From: an uncultured Collinsella sp.
GTDB taxonomy: Bacteria > Actinomycetota > Coriobacteriia > Coriobacteriales > Coriobacteriaceae
DNA length: 54,753 nt
NCBI GenBank assembly: GCA_900552755.1
Contig: USAY01000001.1
Location: 1-54,753, forward strand
Direction of reading: 5' to 3'
Positions 28,316 to 36,266 of this stretch are shown piece by piece (position 1 is the stretch's first letter; each line of letters begins with the position of its first letter). A model generated the notes under the pieces. The model saw nothing but the letters and a program-made list of their open reading frames with translations. It was not told the origin of the DNA and did no database searches. A program made the translations under genes and the position numbers.

Positions 28316-29086
28316 ATGAAGATTGGATTTGTCGGTTTTGGCAATATGGCGAGCGCTATGGCCGATGGCTGGATCGCTGCCGGTGTAGCTGCGAGCGACA
28401 TGTGCGCCTGTGCGGGTCGCTACGACGCACTGGTTGAGCGCTGCGAGGCGCGCGGCATGGTCGCCTGCCACGATGCCGCCGAGGTCGTCGCCGCATCCGA
28501 TATCGTGGTCGCTGCGGTCAAACCGTACATGATCGAGAAGGTATTCGCCCCGCTCAAGGATGCTCTTGCCAAAAAGGTCGTTCTGTCGGTTGCCTGGACC
28601 TGGGACAGTGCCAAGTGGGAGCAGGTCCTGCCGGGCGTTGCGCATATCTCGACGGTGCCCAACACACCGGTTTCGGTGGACGAGGGCGTCATCGCTTGCG
28701 AGAAGGCTTCCACGCTTAGTGATGAGCAGAGCGCAGTGGTGCTTGATCTGCTTGGCAAGCTCGGTGCGGTGGTCGAGCTCGATACGAGCCTGCTGTTTGT
28801 GGGCGGCACGGTGGGTGGTTGCGCTCCGGCATTTGTCGCTATGGCAATCGAGGCCCTGGGCGATGCGGCGGTCAAGCACGGTATCCCGCGTGCCGATGCC
28901 TATCGCATTGTGAGCCAGATGGTGCTGGGTACGGCAAAGCTGCAGCTTGCAACTGGCCAGCATCCTGCGGCGATGAAGGATGCCGTATGCTCGCCCGGCG
29001 GCGCCACCATCAAGGGCGTCATCGCGCTCGAGGATGCCGGCATGCGCAGCGCCCTGGTCAAGGCCATCGACGCCACCCTTCAGTAA
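28316..29086 (+). CDS. proC: Pyrroline-5-carboxylate reductase
   Basis: IGFVGFGNMA, AVKP, PNTP, GCAPAF and VCSPGGATI motifs. Confidence 0.95.
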   Translation: MKIGFVGFGNMASAMADGWIAAGVAASDMCACAGRYDALVERCEARGMVACHDAAEVVAASDIVVAAVKPYMIEKVFAPLKDALAKKVVLSVAWTWDSAKWEQVLPGVAHISTVPNTPVSVDEGVIACEKASTLSDEQSAVVLDLLGKLGAVVELDTSLLFVGGTVGGCAPAFVAMAIEALGDAAVKHGIPRADAYRIVSQMVLGTAKLQLATGQHPAAMKDAVCSPGGATIKGVIALEDAGMRSALVKAIDATLQ

Positions 29087-29098
29087 AACCTTCCATTT

Positions 29099-29232
29099 AG
29101 GGACAGGTTTATTTTGGCTGGTTTTCCTGCGGTTTTGTCCCTTTAGCAAAAAGCGCCCCGCAACCGGCTCGATTCCGGTTGCGGGGCGCCGGCGTTTGCC
29201 CAGATAAAACCGACCAAAATAAACCTGTCCCT
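29099..29232. repeat. REPIN-like nested inverted repeat
   Basis: 27-bp outer arms AGGGACAGGTTTATTTTGG... (29099-125 / 29206-232, 2 mismatches) enclose a perfect 15-bp hairpin (29153-67 / 29175-89). Confidence 0.85.
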
Positions 29233-29527
29233 TTTTGGCAGGTTAGTCCCAGAAGCTGTCTTCCTCGTCCTCGGACTTGGGTCCACGGTCGACGTACATC
29301 TTATGGGTGCGCTTCTCCATTACAAAGGCAAGAATCGCAAACAGCAGGATGCCGCCGGCGAAAAGGATGGCAAAACCGGTGCGGGTGCCAAACAAAAAGG
29401 AAAAAACTGCGTCCATTGGGTGCCTTCTTGCGTAGTTGAGTTGGGTCGTAAACGCTCATAAGTATATACTTGCCCATACATGTACAAGGTTGCAACCTAA
29501 ATGGAATGTATATCGCCGGAGGATCTA

Positions 29528-30811
29528 ATGCTTGATATCAAGTTTGTTCGCGAGAACCCCGATGCCATCGATACCGCCATGGCAAATCGCCAGACGTCTT
29601 GGGATCGCGAGAAGTTCTTTGAACTCGACGACGAGCGCCGTGCCGTCATCACCGAGGTCGAGGAGCTCCAGGCCACGCGTAACGCCGAGTCCAAGAAGAT
29701 TGGCGCCCTGATGAAGGAGGGCAAGAAGGACGAGGCCGAGGCCGCCAAGGAGGCCGTGCGCGCCGTCAACGAGAAGATCGACGGTCTGGCCGAGCGCCGT
29801 ACCGCTCTTGAGCAGGAGCAGTACGACTTCATGTCTCACCTGCCCAACATTCCGTGCGAGGCTACCCCGTACGGTAAGGACGAGGACGAGAACATCGAGC
29901 GTCGCCGCTGGGGCACCCCGCGCGAGTTCGACTTCGACTTTAAGCCGCACTGGGATCTGGGTACCGATTTGGACATCCTCGACTTCGAGCGTGGCAACAA
30001 GCTCTCCGGCAGCCGCTTCACTGTTCTCGGTGGCGCCGGCGCCCGCTTGGAGCGCGCCCTTATCAACTTCTTCCTGGACACGCACACGAGCCGTGGCTTC
30101 AAGGAGTGGTGGCCGCCCATCGTCGTCAAGCGTCAGACCATGTTTGGCACGGGTCAGCTGCCCAAGTTCGAGGACGACGCCTATCACGTCTCGGGCGATA
30201 ACTTCCTGATTCCCACCGCCGAGGTCGTGCTTACCAACCTGCACGCCGGTGAGGTTCTCGACGCCGACACCCTGCCGCGCCGCTACACCGCCTTCACCCC
30301 CTGCTTCCGCGAGGAGGCCGGCTCCGCTGGTCGCGACACCCGCGGCATCATCCGCCAGCACGAGTTTGACAAGGTCGAGATGGTCAAGTTTGCCAAGCCG
30401 GAGGAGTCCGACGAGGAGCTTGAGAGCATGACCGCCGAGGCCGAGTTCCTGCTTCAGCAGCTGGGCCTTCCGTATCGCGTGATTAGCCTGTGCACCGGCG
30501 ACCTGGGCTTCTCTGCCCGTCAGACCTACGACATCGAGGTCTGGCTGCCGAGCTACAACGCCTACAAGGAGATCAGCTCCTGCTCCAACTGCGGCGACTT
30601 CCAGGCCCGTCGCGCCAACATCAAGTATCGCGACCCCGAGAACTTCAAGGGCTCGCGCTACCTGCACACCCTCAACGGTTCCGGCCTGCCGGCTGGCCGC
30701 ACCATGGCCGCCATCCTGGAGAACTACCAGAACGCCGACGGCACCATCACGATCCCTGAGGTTCTTCGTCCTTACATGGGCGGCCTCGAGAAGATCGAGC
30801 CGGTCGCGTAG
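29528..30811 (+). CDS. serS: Serine--tRNA ligase
   Basis: MLDIKFVR start, [36 protein letters not shown] and HTLNGSG motifs. Confidence 0.98.
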   Translation: MLDIKFVRENPDAIDTAMANRQTSWDREKFFELDDERRAVITEVEELQATRNAESKKIGALMKEGKKDEAEAAKEAVRAVNEKIDGLAERRTALEQEQYDFMSHLPNIPCEATPYGKDEDENIERRRWGTPREFDFDFKPHWDLGTDLDILDFERGNKLSGSRFTVLGGAGARLERALINFFLDTHTSRGFKEWWPPIVVKRQTMFGTGQLPKFEDDAYHVSGDNFLIPTAEVVLTNLHAGEVLDADTLPRRYTAFTPCFREEAGSAGRDTRGIIRQHEFDKVEMVKFAKPEESDEELESMTAEAEFLLQQLGLPYRVISLCTGDLGFSARQTYDIEVWLPSYNAYKEISSCSNCGDFQARRANIKYRDPENFKGSRYLHTLNGSGLPAGRTMAAILENYQNADGTITIPEVLRPYMGGLEKIEPVA

Positions 30812-30834
30812 GTTGCCTGCATAAGCGATTTGCG

Positions 30835-30863
30835 AGGGCGCTCCTTTTTGGGGCGCCCTTTTT
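30835..30863 (+). terminator. Intrinsic terminator after serS
   Basis: AGGGCGCTCC/GGGGCGCCCT hairpin plus T-run. Confidence 0.75.
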
Positions 30864-30911
30864 GTGCGCAAAGCCTTACCATATCGTGCGGACAGCTCAA
30901 TAGAAAACACA

Positions 30912-30925
30912 CGAACAAACGTTCT
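30912..30925. promoter_or_regulatory. LexA (SOS/Cheo) box
   Basis: CGAAC-AAAC-GTTCT fits GAAC-N4-GTTC and overlaps the -35 region of an extended -10 (TGcTATGCT, 30943-30951). Confidence 0.65.
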
Positions 30926-30984
30926 GTATACAGCCATCTACCTGCTATGCTTTTGTTAAATTGAAGCGAGAGGAAGGGGATGCG

Positions 30985-31362
30985 ATGGAGCTGTTTGATG
31001 AACGGGTAGTTTTGTTTGAGAGCGATGAAGGTGGGGAGCACCTACTAGTTACGTGTGAGCCATCGGGTATGGGTGGTTTGGTGGTGCGGCAGACGAGCGA
31101 GGGTCCGTTAACCCAATGGTGCTTTGAGGAGTCGCTGCATGTAGTTGAGACCTTTGTGACGCACGAGGGGCTTGTGGCGCTTGAGCAGTTCTATGGAGTT
31201 GGGACTTCTAACCAGGTAGCGCGCATGCTGAGCATCTCGTTTGCCGATTATGACTGCGCCCAGCGGGTGCGTTCGCTTTTGAGGGAACTCGGTGCCGGGT
31301 TCGATGTGGTTGAAAAACCGATTGATCGCATTGGGGATGTTGGCGCATGCGGAGCTGCGTGA
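30985..31362 (+). CDS. Hypothetical protein, putatively SOS-regulated
   Basis: 125 aa ORF with a purine-rich SD and its own promoter; no family recognised. Confidence 0.75.
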   Translation: MELFDERVVLFESDEGGEHLLVTCEPSGMGGLVVRQTSEGPLTQWCFEESLHVVETFVTHEGLVALEQFYGVGTSNQVARMLSISFADYDCAQRVRSLLRELGAGFDVVEKPIDRIGDVGACGAA

Positions 31363-31437
31363 GGAGCATATTCTCGAAAAAAGTTTGAGATTGTGCTTGA
31401 CTCCAACTAACTAAAGTGGTTTTATATGTCTTGCGCT

Positions 31438-31514
31438 GCGGCGTTACCTCAGCTGGATAGAGGGTCTGACTACGAATCAGAACGTCATAGGTTCGAATCC
31501 TATACGCCGCACCA
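31438..31514 (+). tRNA. tRNA-Arg(ACG)
   Basis: GCGGCGT/ACGCCGC acceptor stem, TCTGA-CTACGAA-TCAGA anticodon arm, GGTTCGAATCC and CCA. Confidence 0.97.
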
Positions 31515-31796
31515 CTTGAGCTTGAAGCCTCCGGAAACGGGGGCTTTTCTTTTATGGCAACCATGCATGGATTCGAACCTCGGTCGAGGCGCGAGCGTGA
31601 AGCGGACGCGGAGCGTCCGTAGCGAGCGGGCGAGCACGCCGGCAGGCGGGCGAAGCCGGTGCGGATCCGCGAAGCGGATGCGCGGAATCCTATACGCCGC
31701 ACCATTTGAACTTGAAGCCTCCGGAAACGGGGGCTTTTCTTTTTGACAACCATGCATGGATTCGAACCTCGGTCGAGGCGCGAGCGTGAAGCGGAC
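31495..31796. repeat. tRNA-Arg-linked 190-bp tandem unit (about 1.6 copies)
   Basis: 31495-31607 is repeated at 31685-31796; inverted T-arm copies at 31569-80 and 31758-69. Confidence 0.92.
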
Positions 31797-31888
31797 TATT
31801 TCTTATCGACTCGTGTAAGATTCCGAGTAGGTGTCGCGGCCCATCCGCGACCGCTCCTTCTCTAGACGACCGATCAGGGTGATATTTC

Positions 31889-34330
31889 GTGGCAGAGCGT
31901 CCGACATACAAGCTCAGGTTTTTCGATCCCAAAAAGCGTTTTCCATCGATGCCCGAGCAGCCTGCGGGGCGCTCGTATGGTGTTGTCTGGAAAGTCTTTG
32001 GCGAGGATCCTAAAGAGTCGTGCTACGTCGTCGAATTCGTCGGCAAAAGCCACATATCGCTCTTGGGCTACGTGAGCGTGTCGGGCAAGGTTTATAAGGT
32101 TGACCGCCCTGTTCGGGAAGCACCGTTGCCCGAGGACCCCGACATGGAGCTGGTCCTTCACGAGTCCGATTCCAGTATTGGCGAGATTATGGTGAGGGAG
32201 GCCAACGGAGCAATGCGCGCGTGTGCGCGAACTGCCGGCTCTCCCGAAGGCCCCATGCGCGAGCAGTCCGACCACGAGACATGGAATTCGACCCGCGCCC
32301 TTCCTTACGGCGAGTTCATGGCCTCGATGTTCTTGCGTTACGTGATATTTGCCAACTCCGAAAGCGCTATTGTGAACACGGCGGACGCCGGCGGACTCGA
32401 CGAGGGTATGCAAAACGTTGTCGACAAGATCAAGCTCGTAAAGTTGTCCGAGCCGGTCGAGGTGTTTTTGGGCTTTAACACGGCACCGCTCCCCGATGCT
32501 ATCGAGACGCTGCTTTACCGCGTTGACCATGCCGAGAATCCGAGCGGTATCGAGCGCTATGCCGCCGCCCTTATGAGCGAAATTGACTTGCCCCGCCTGC
32601 GCACCATCGCTGCCAAGTCCGAGATGAGCCTGGCTCGCATTGATCGCTCAAAGATTTTCTATCTCAATTTTGATCGTAGCCTGTTGGACCAGGACGAGAT
32701 TGACATGCTGCTTGCCATCGAGTGCCGTCTCAACCGCCTCTCCGGCATCCTTGAGCGCATCGGGGCCGGATTGGTCCCTGCGGCATCCTCGCCGAGCCTT
32801 GAGGGCTGCGCGCTCTTTGATGCGTGGCATATCGCCAAGACGACCAACGATGTTCCCCGACTGCTCGATACGGCTTCGAGCGATAACCCGTGGGCCAAGC
32901 CGGGAACGGTTTCGTGCCAGCCGGGCGGCGAGTGGGACGTGCGCACGCGTTTTGCGCGAATCGTTGAGGCGCTCAACGTGGTCACGCGGCTCGACTATAC
33001 CTATCGGGCAAACGTTGCCGAGGGGATTATGCTCGTTCGGTTTGGGCAGTCTGTCGTTGATGCCATGCCGCAACGTGAATACGACGCTCAAGATGACGCC
33101 TGGCGCGAGCTGGACGAGGATACGCGTGCGATCTGGGCCGCGGAGCACGATGCGCGCGTGGCACTCACGCTTGCGGCAGCGTGTTTTGCCGCAGGCACCT
33201 GCATCACGCGCTGCTATGTGCAGATTGCTACTCCCGACAGTGAGCAGGGCGAGCGCGTTGTCGCAACGTATTTCTTTGGGCGCGCGGCCTATCTGGCCGA
33301 TTGCATGTCTGTCGCCAAGGATCTTGAGAGCATGGACATGGACGATATGCCGTGCAAGCGTGTGCTTGAGGCGTATGAGTCAACCGCTCCGGAGACGATT
33401 GAGCCTGCGGAGGTTCATGCTCGTCCGCGTGATGACCATCGCACGCTGCCGCCGACGCTGCGCGATCTGCTGCTTGCCGATACGGCTGACGAGTTGGAGG
33501 TCATGGAAGAGGACGACGACCCATACGTGGCCCGTGTTGTTGAATTGCGCGAGCAGGCAAAAGTCGACCGTACAGGTGCTTTTGAAGGCTTTTCCCGTCT
33601 TGTCGAGGAGTTGGAGGCTAAGTGCGCGGTCGCCGAGCTTTTGGCGACAGGTCCGGTTCAAACGCAGTTTTGCGATAACCAGCTGGTGCGCATGGTGCTA
33701 CCGGTGTTGGAAGAAGACCGCTCTGTGCGGATCCTTCGTGCGCCCGATGCACTGTACTTTGCCCAGCACGAGATCTGCAGTTTTTACGCCGAGCAAGAGG
33801 ACTTTGAACGAGCACTGCCCGAGGTGCGCCATCTTTACGATCTGGCGCGCTCGTCCATGCAATCGCACTTTGCACTCATCAACGTGCTTGCGCGTCTGGA
33901 GCGCTTTGACGAGATTATCGAGGTGGCGCGCCACGGCCTACGTATTGCCAGCGATCGTTCTGCAATTGGCTACCTGTTCTATCGCTTGGCGTTTGCCTAT
34001 TGGAATTGCGATCAGCTCGACCTGGCGCTGGCTTGTTACCGTCTAGTGCCGCGCGGCGAGGAGTCGGGCAGCAGCGCGCTGGAAGAAATGCAGGGCCTTA
34101 TGAACGAGATGGGCGTCAGCGAGCCTCCGACGTTCGAAGAAGCGGTTGAGACCATCCACAAGGCTGGACTCGAGCTGCCGCCAGTGTCCGCCGTGACGAA
34201 TCAGCTGGCAGATGCCGCTGTTCAACTGGTCGACAACGGCTTCTTTTTCCTGGCACGCGGTTGCATCTACCAAATGTGGCGCACTATGGGCAACGACGAG
34301 CTCGGCTCCCTCAACCGCTCGCTGGGGTAG
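31889..34330 (+). CDS. Large hypothetical protein with C-terminal TPR-like repeats
   Basis: 813 aa; helical repeats such as HFALINVLARLERFDEIIEVARHGL and FYRLAFAYWNCDQLDLALACY. Confidence 0.8.
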   Translation: MAERPTYKLRFFDPKKRFPSMPEQPAGRSYGVVWKVFGEDPKESCYVVEFVGKSHISLLGYVSVSGKVYKVDRPVREAPLPEDPDMELVLHESDSSIGEIMVREANGAMRACARTAGSPEGPMREQSDHETWNSTRALPYGEFMASMFLRYVIFANSESAIVNTADAGGLDEGMQNVVDKIKLVKLSEPVEVFLGFNTAPLPDAIETLLYRVDHAENPSGIERYAAALMSEIDLPRLRTIAAKSEMSLARIDRSKIFYLNFDRSLLDQDEIDMLLAIECRLNRLSGILERIGAGLVPAASSPSLEGCALFDAWHIAKTTNDVPRLLDTASSDNPWAKPGTVSCQPGGEWDVRTRFARIVEALNVVTRLDYTYRANVAEGIMLVRFGQSVVDAMPQREYDAQDDAWRELDEDTRAIWAAEHDARVALTLAAACFAAGTCITRCYVQIATPDSEQGERVVATYFFGRAAYLADCMSVAKDLESMDMDDMPCKRVLEAYESTAPETIEPAEVHARPRDDHRTLPPTLRDLLLADTADELEVMEEDDDPYVARVVELREQAKVDRTGAFEGFSRLVEELEAKCAVAELLATGPVQTQFCDNQLVRMVLPVLEEDRSVRILRAPDALYFAQHEICSFYAEQEDFERALPEVRHLYDLARSSMQSHFALINVLARLERFDEIIEVARHGLRIASDRSAIGYLFYRLAFAYWNCDQLDLALACYRLVPRGEESGSSALEEMQGLMNEMGVSEPPTFEEAVETIHKAGLELPPVSAVTNQLADAAVQLVDNGFFFLARGCIYQMWRTMGNDELGSLNRSLG

Positions 34331-34419
34331 GGGCGATATAGAGGGGCCGCACCGCGCTATTTGTATCGGCGCGGGCGGGAGGACCCGACAGAATCGGTAA
34401 GGCATAAAGCCGCCGAGCC

Positions 34420-34473
34420 TGCTAAAACTGTTAAACTCTGCTAAAGTTGCTAAACTTTGTTAAAGTTGTTAAA
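34420..34473 (+). repeat. Six tandem TG(C/T)TAAA motifs upstream of the AAA ATPase
   Basis: Copies start at 34420, 34429, 34439, 34448, 34458 and 34467. Confidence 0.85.
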
Positions 34474-34491
34474 ACTGGCAGAGGAGGTCGA

Positions 34492-35574
34492 ATGTCAAAA
34501 GCTATTAATCCCTTTAAGCCAACAGCGGGCATGAATCCACCTGAGCTTATCGGACGCGACGCTGTTTTGGATGACTTTGCCGAAGCTCTTGAGAATGGCC
34601 CTGGTGCCCCCGATCGACTCATGCGCATCTCGGGTGTCCGAGGCACGGGTAAAACGGTGCTCCTCAACGCATTGGGCGATCTTGCGCGCAAAAAAGGATT
34701 CGAGGTTGTCGACGTCGCCTCAAATGCCGGTTTTTGCGACAGAATTCTCGAGGCTCTGCAGCGAAATGTTCGTCTTGCATCAATGTCGATTTCCCCATCG
34801 ATTTTAGGAGTCAGCCTTGGCTCCGTAGAGCTGTCGAAGTCAGCCTCTCATCTGGGGGAGGCGATGTACGATGCCGCGAAGCGAGGTGGTTTGCTCATCA
34901 CACTCGATGAGATTCAGGACGCCTCAACTGAGGAAATGCGCGAGCTGGGTAATGAAATGCAGCTCTTGATTCGCCAAGGGGCGAATGTCGCCTTTGCATT
35001 CGCTGGTTTGCCAACCTCGGTGGATGGCGTGGTGGTGGATGATACGTTGACGTTCCTTCAGAGGGCGAAGCATATCGAGCTCACGCGGCTTTCAGATTTT
35101 GAAGTCGGCGGATCGTTTGAGGATACGATGAGGCGTGCGGGCAAGGAACTCGACGAAGGCGTTGCTGAGCTTTTAACAAAGGCTTCGGCAGGCTATCCCT
35201 TTATGGTCCAGTTGGTCGGATATTACGCTTGGCAGGTTGCTGCGCGCAGCGGGTCGGAGAGCGTGAGTGAAGAGGCGGCTCGCAAGGGTGTCCAGGCGGC
35301 TCTTGATAGTTTCAATGCCATGGTGATTGCCCCCGCGCTGCGCAGGGTGTCGGAGCGGCAGTTTCAATATCTCGCGGCGATGGCGCAATGCGAAGGCGGC
35401 GAGATTACGAACGGTGATATTGCCAAAAAGATGGGATTGCCGGCGAATAAAGTCGGGTCGTATCGCAAACGTCTGATCGATACGGGACTGATTGAGCCTG
35501 CCGGCTACGGCTGTGTTTCGTTTGCAATTCCGTACATGCGCGATTATCTGTTGGAGACCATTCGAGCGGACTAA
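34492..35574 (+). CDS. AAA-family ATP-binding protein with a C-terminal winged-helix domain
   Basis: NPF-x-P start, LIGRD, GVRGTGKT Walker A, ITLDEIQ Walker B, GYPFMVQ, and C-terminal DIAKKMG...YRKRLIDTGLI; GAGGAGG SD. Confidence 0.88.
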   Translation: MSKAINPFKPTAGMNPPELIGRDAVLDDFAEALENGPGAPDRLMRISGVRGTGKTVLLNALGDLARKKGFEVVDVASNAGFCDRILEALQRNVRLASMSISPSILGVSLGSVELSKSASHLGEAMYDAAKRGGLLITLDEIQDASTEEMRELGNEMQLLIRQGANVAFAFAGLPTSVDGVVVDDTLTFLQRAKHIELTRLSDFEVGGSFEDTMRRAGKELDEGVAELLTKASAGYPFMVQLVGYYAWQVAARSGSESVSEEAARKGVQAALDSFNAMVIAPALRRVSERQFQYLAAMAQCEGGEITNGDIAKKMGLPANKVGSYRKRLIDTGLIEPAGYGCVSFAIPYMRDYLLETIRAD

Positions 35575-35622
35575 TAAAGACTGGAGGCATCGACGCCGCC
35601 GCTGTGGTTGCCCCCGCATCTT

Positions 35623-35762
35623 TGTCTCAATCTGTAACATCTAGAGGGGATTACGGCATGCAGGTGTTTCAGATTGAGACATTCGCGGATGGCGCTGACT
35701 GTTTGTCTAAATCTGTAACATCTGGACGAAGATTCGGCCTGTAACTGTTACAAATTGAGATG
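35623..35762. repeat. Two tandem inverted-repeat pairs of a 20-bp motif (BIME-like)
   Basis: TGTCTCAATCTGTAACATCT at 35623 and 35704, with inverted copies at 35662 and 35743; both spacers 19 bp, period 81 bp. Confidence 0.85.
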
Positions 35763-35811
35763 ATTGGCTGAGACGTCTACTGGCAAATCGGAATCGCTCC
35801 AAAATTCCCCC

Positions 35812-35840
35812 TTGCCCATCCTTGGCTGTTTGGTTACTAT
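35812..35840 (+). promoter_or_regulatory. Promoter of tRNA-Ser
   Basis: TTGCCC-17 bp-TACTAT. Confidence 0.6.
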
Positions 35841-35854
35841 AGAACGGCTGTTAC

Positions 35855-35945
35855 GGAGAGCTGACCGAGAGGCCGAAGGTGCTCGCCTGCTAAGCGAGTA
35901 TGCCCCAAAAGGGCATCTGGGGTTCGAATCCCCAGCTCTCCGCCA
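35855..35945 (+). tRNA. tRNA-Ser(GCT)
   Basis: GGAGAGC/GCTCTCC acceptor stem, CTCGC-CTGCTAA-GCGAG anticodon arm, long variable arm, GGTTCGAATCC and GCCA end. Confidence 0.97.
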
Positions 35946-36208
35946 GTAAGACTTTAAAGAAGGGTTCCGAAAGGGGCCCTTTTTTAGTTGAACCACGTTA
36001 GCTGGGGATTCGAACCCGAGAGGGCACGGGCGTTAAGCAAACGCGAAAGCGTTTGTAGCCCGTGGGAGAAAAGCTGCCAGGCTTTGAAGCCGGAGGGCAT
36101 GCGCAGCGTGCCCGGACATCCCCAGCTCTCCGCCAGTACGAATTTGAAGAAGGGTCCCATTTGGGGTCCTTTTTTATTATCAAGAATGGCGGCTGGGGAT
36201 TCGAACCC
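35928..36208. repeat. tRNA-Ser-linked 190-bp unit
   Basis: ATCCCCAGCTCTCCGCCAGTA at 35928 and 36118; inverted T-arm/acceptor copies at 36000-17 and 36192-208. Confidence 0.9.
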
Positions 36209-36210
36209 TC

Positions 36211-36243
36211 AAAAAGGAGGCATCCTTTCGGATGCCTCCTTTC
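36211..36243 (-). terminator. Terminator of the D,D-carboxypeptidase gene (possibly bidirectional)
   Basis: AAAGGAGGCATCC-tttc-GGATGCCTCCTTT. Confidence 0.8.
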
Positions 36244-36266
36244 AGTGGACTTATTATTCTTGCGCC

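Noticed and set aside
31208..31932. Small ORFs across the tRNA-Arg repeat (and 26526-26732, 35998-36183)
   Set aside because: They are translations of tRNA and palindromic repeat DNA, and the frames are not conserved among the three units.
26692..36135. Duplicated tRNA 3' ends and minus-strand GGTTCGAATCC segments as extra tRNA genes
   Set aside because: They lack D-arms and anticodon arms, so no cloverleaf can be formed.
26503..36208. tRNA-linked repeats as CRISPR arrays or as attL/attR of a prophage or genomic island
   Set aside because: There are only two copies per locus with ~190-bp periods, no cas genes, and no integrase or cargo between the duplicated ends.
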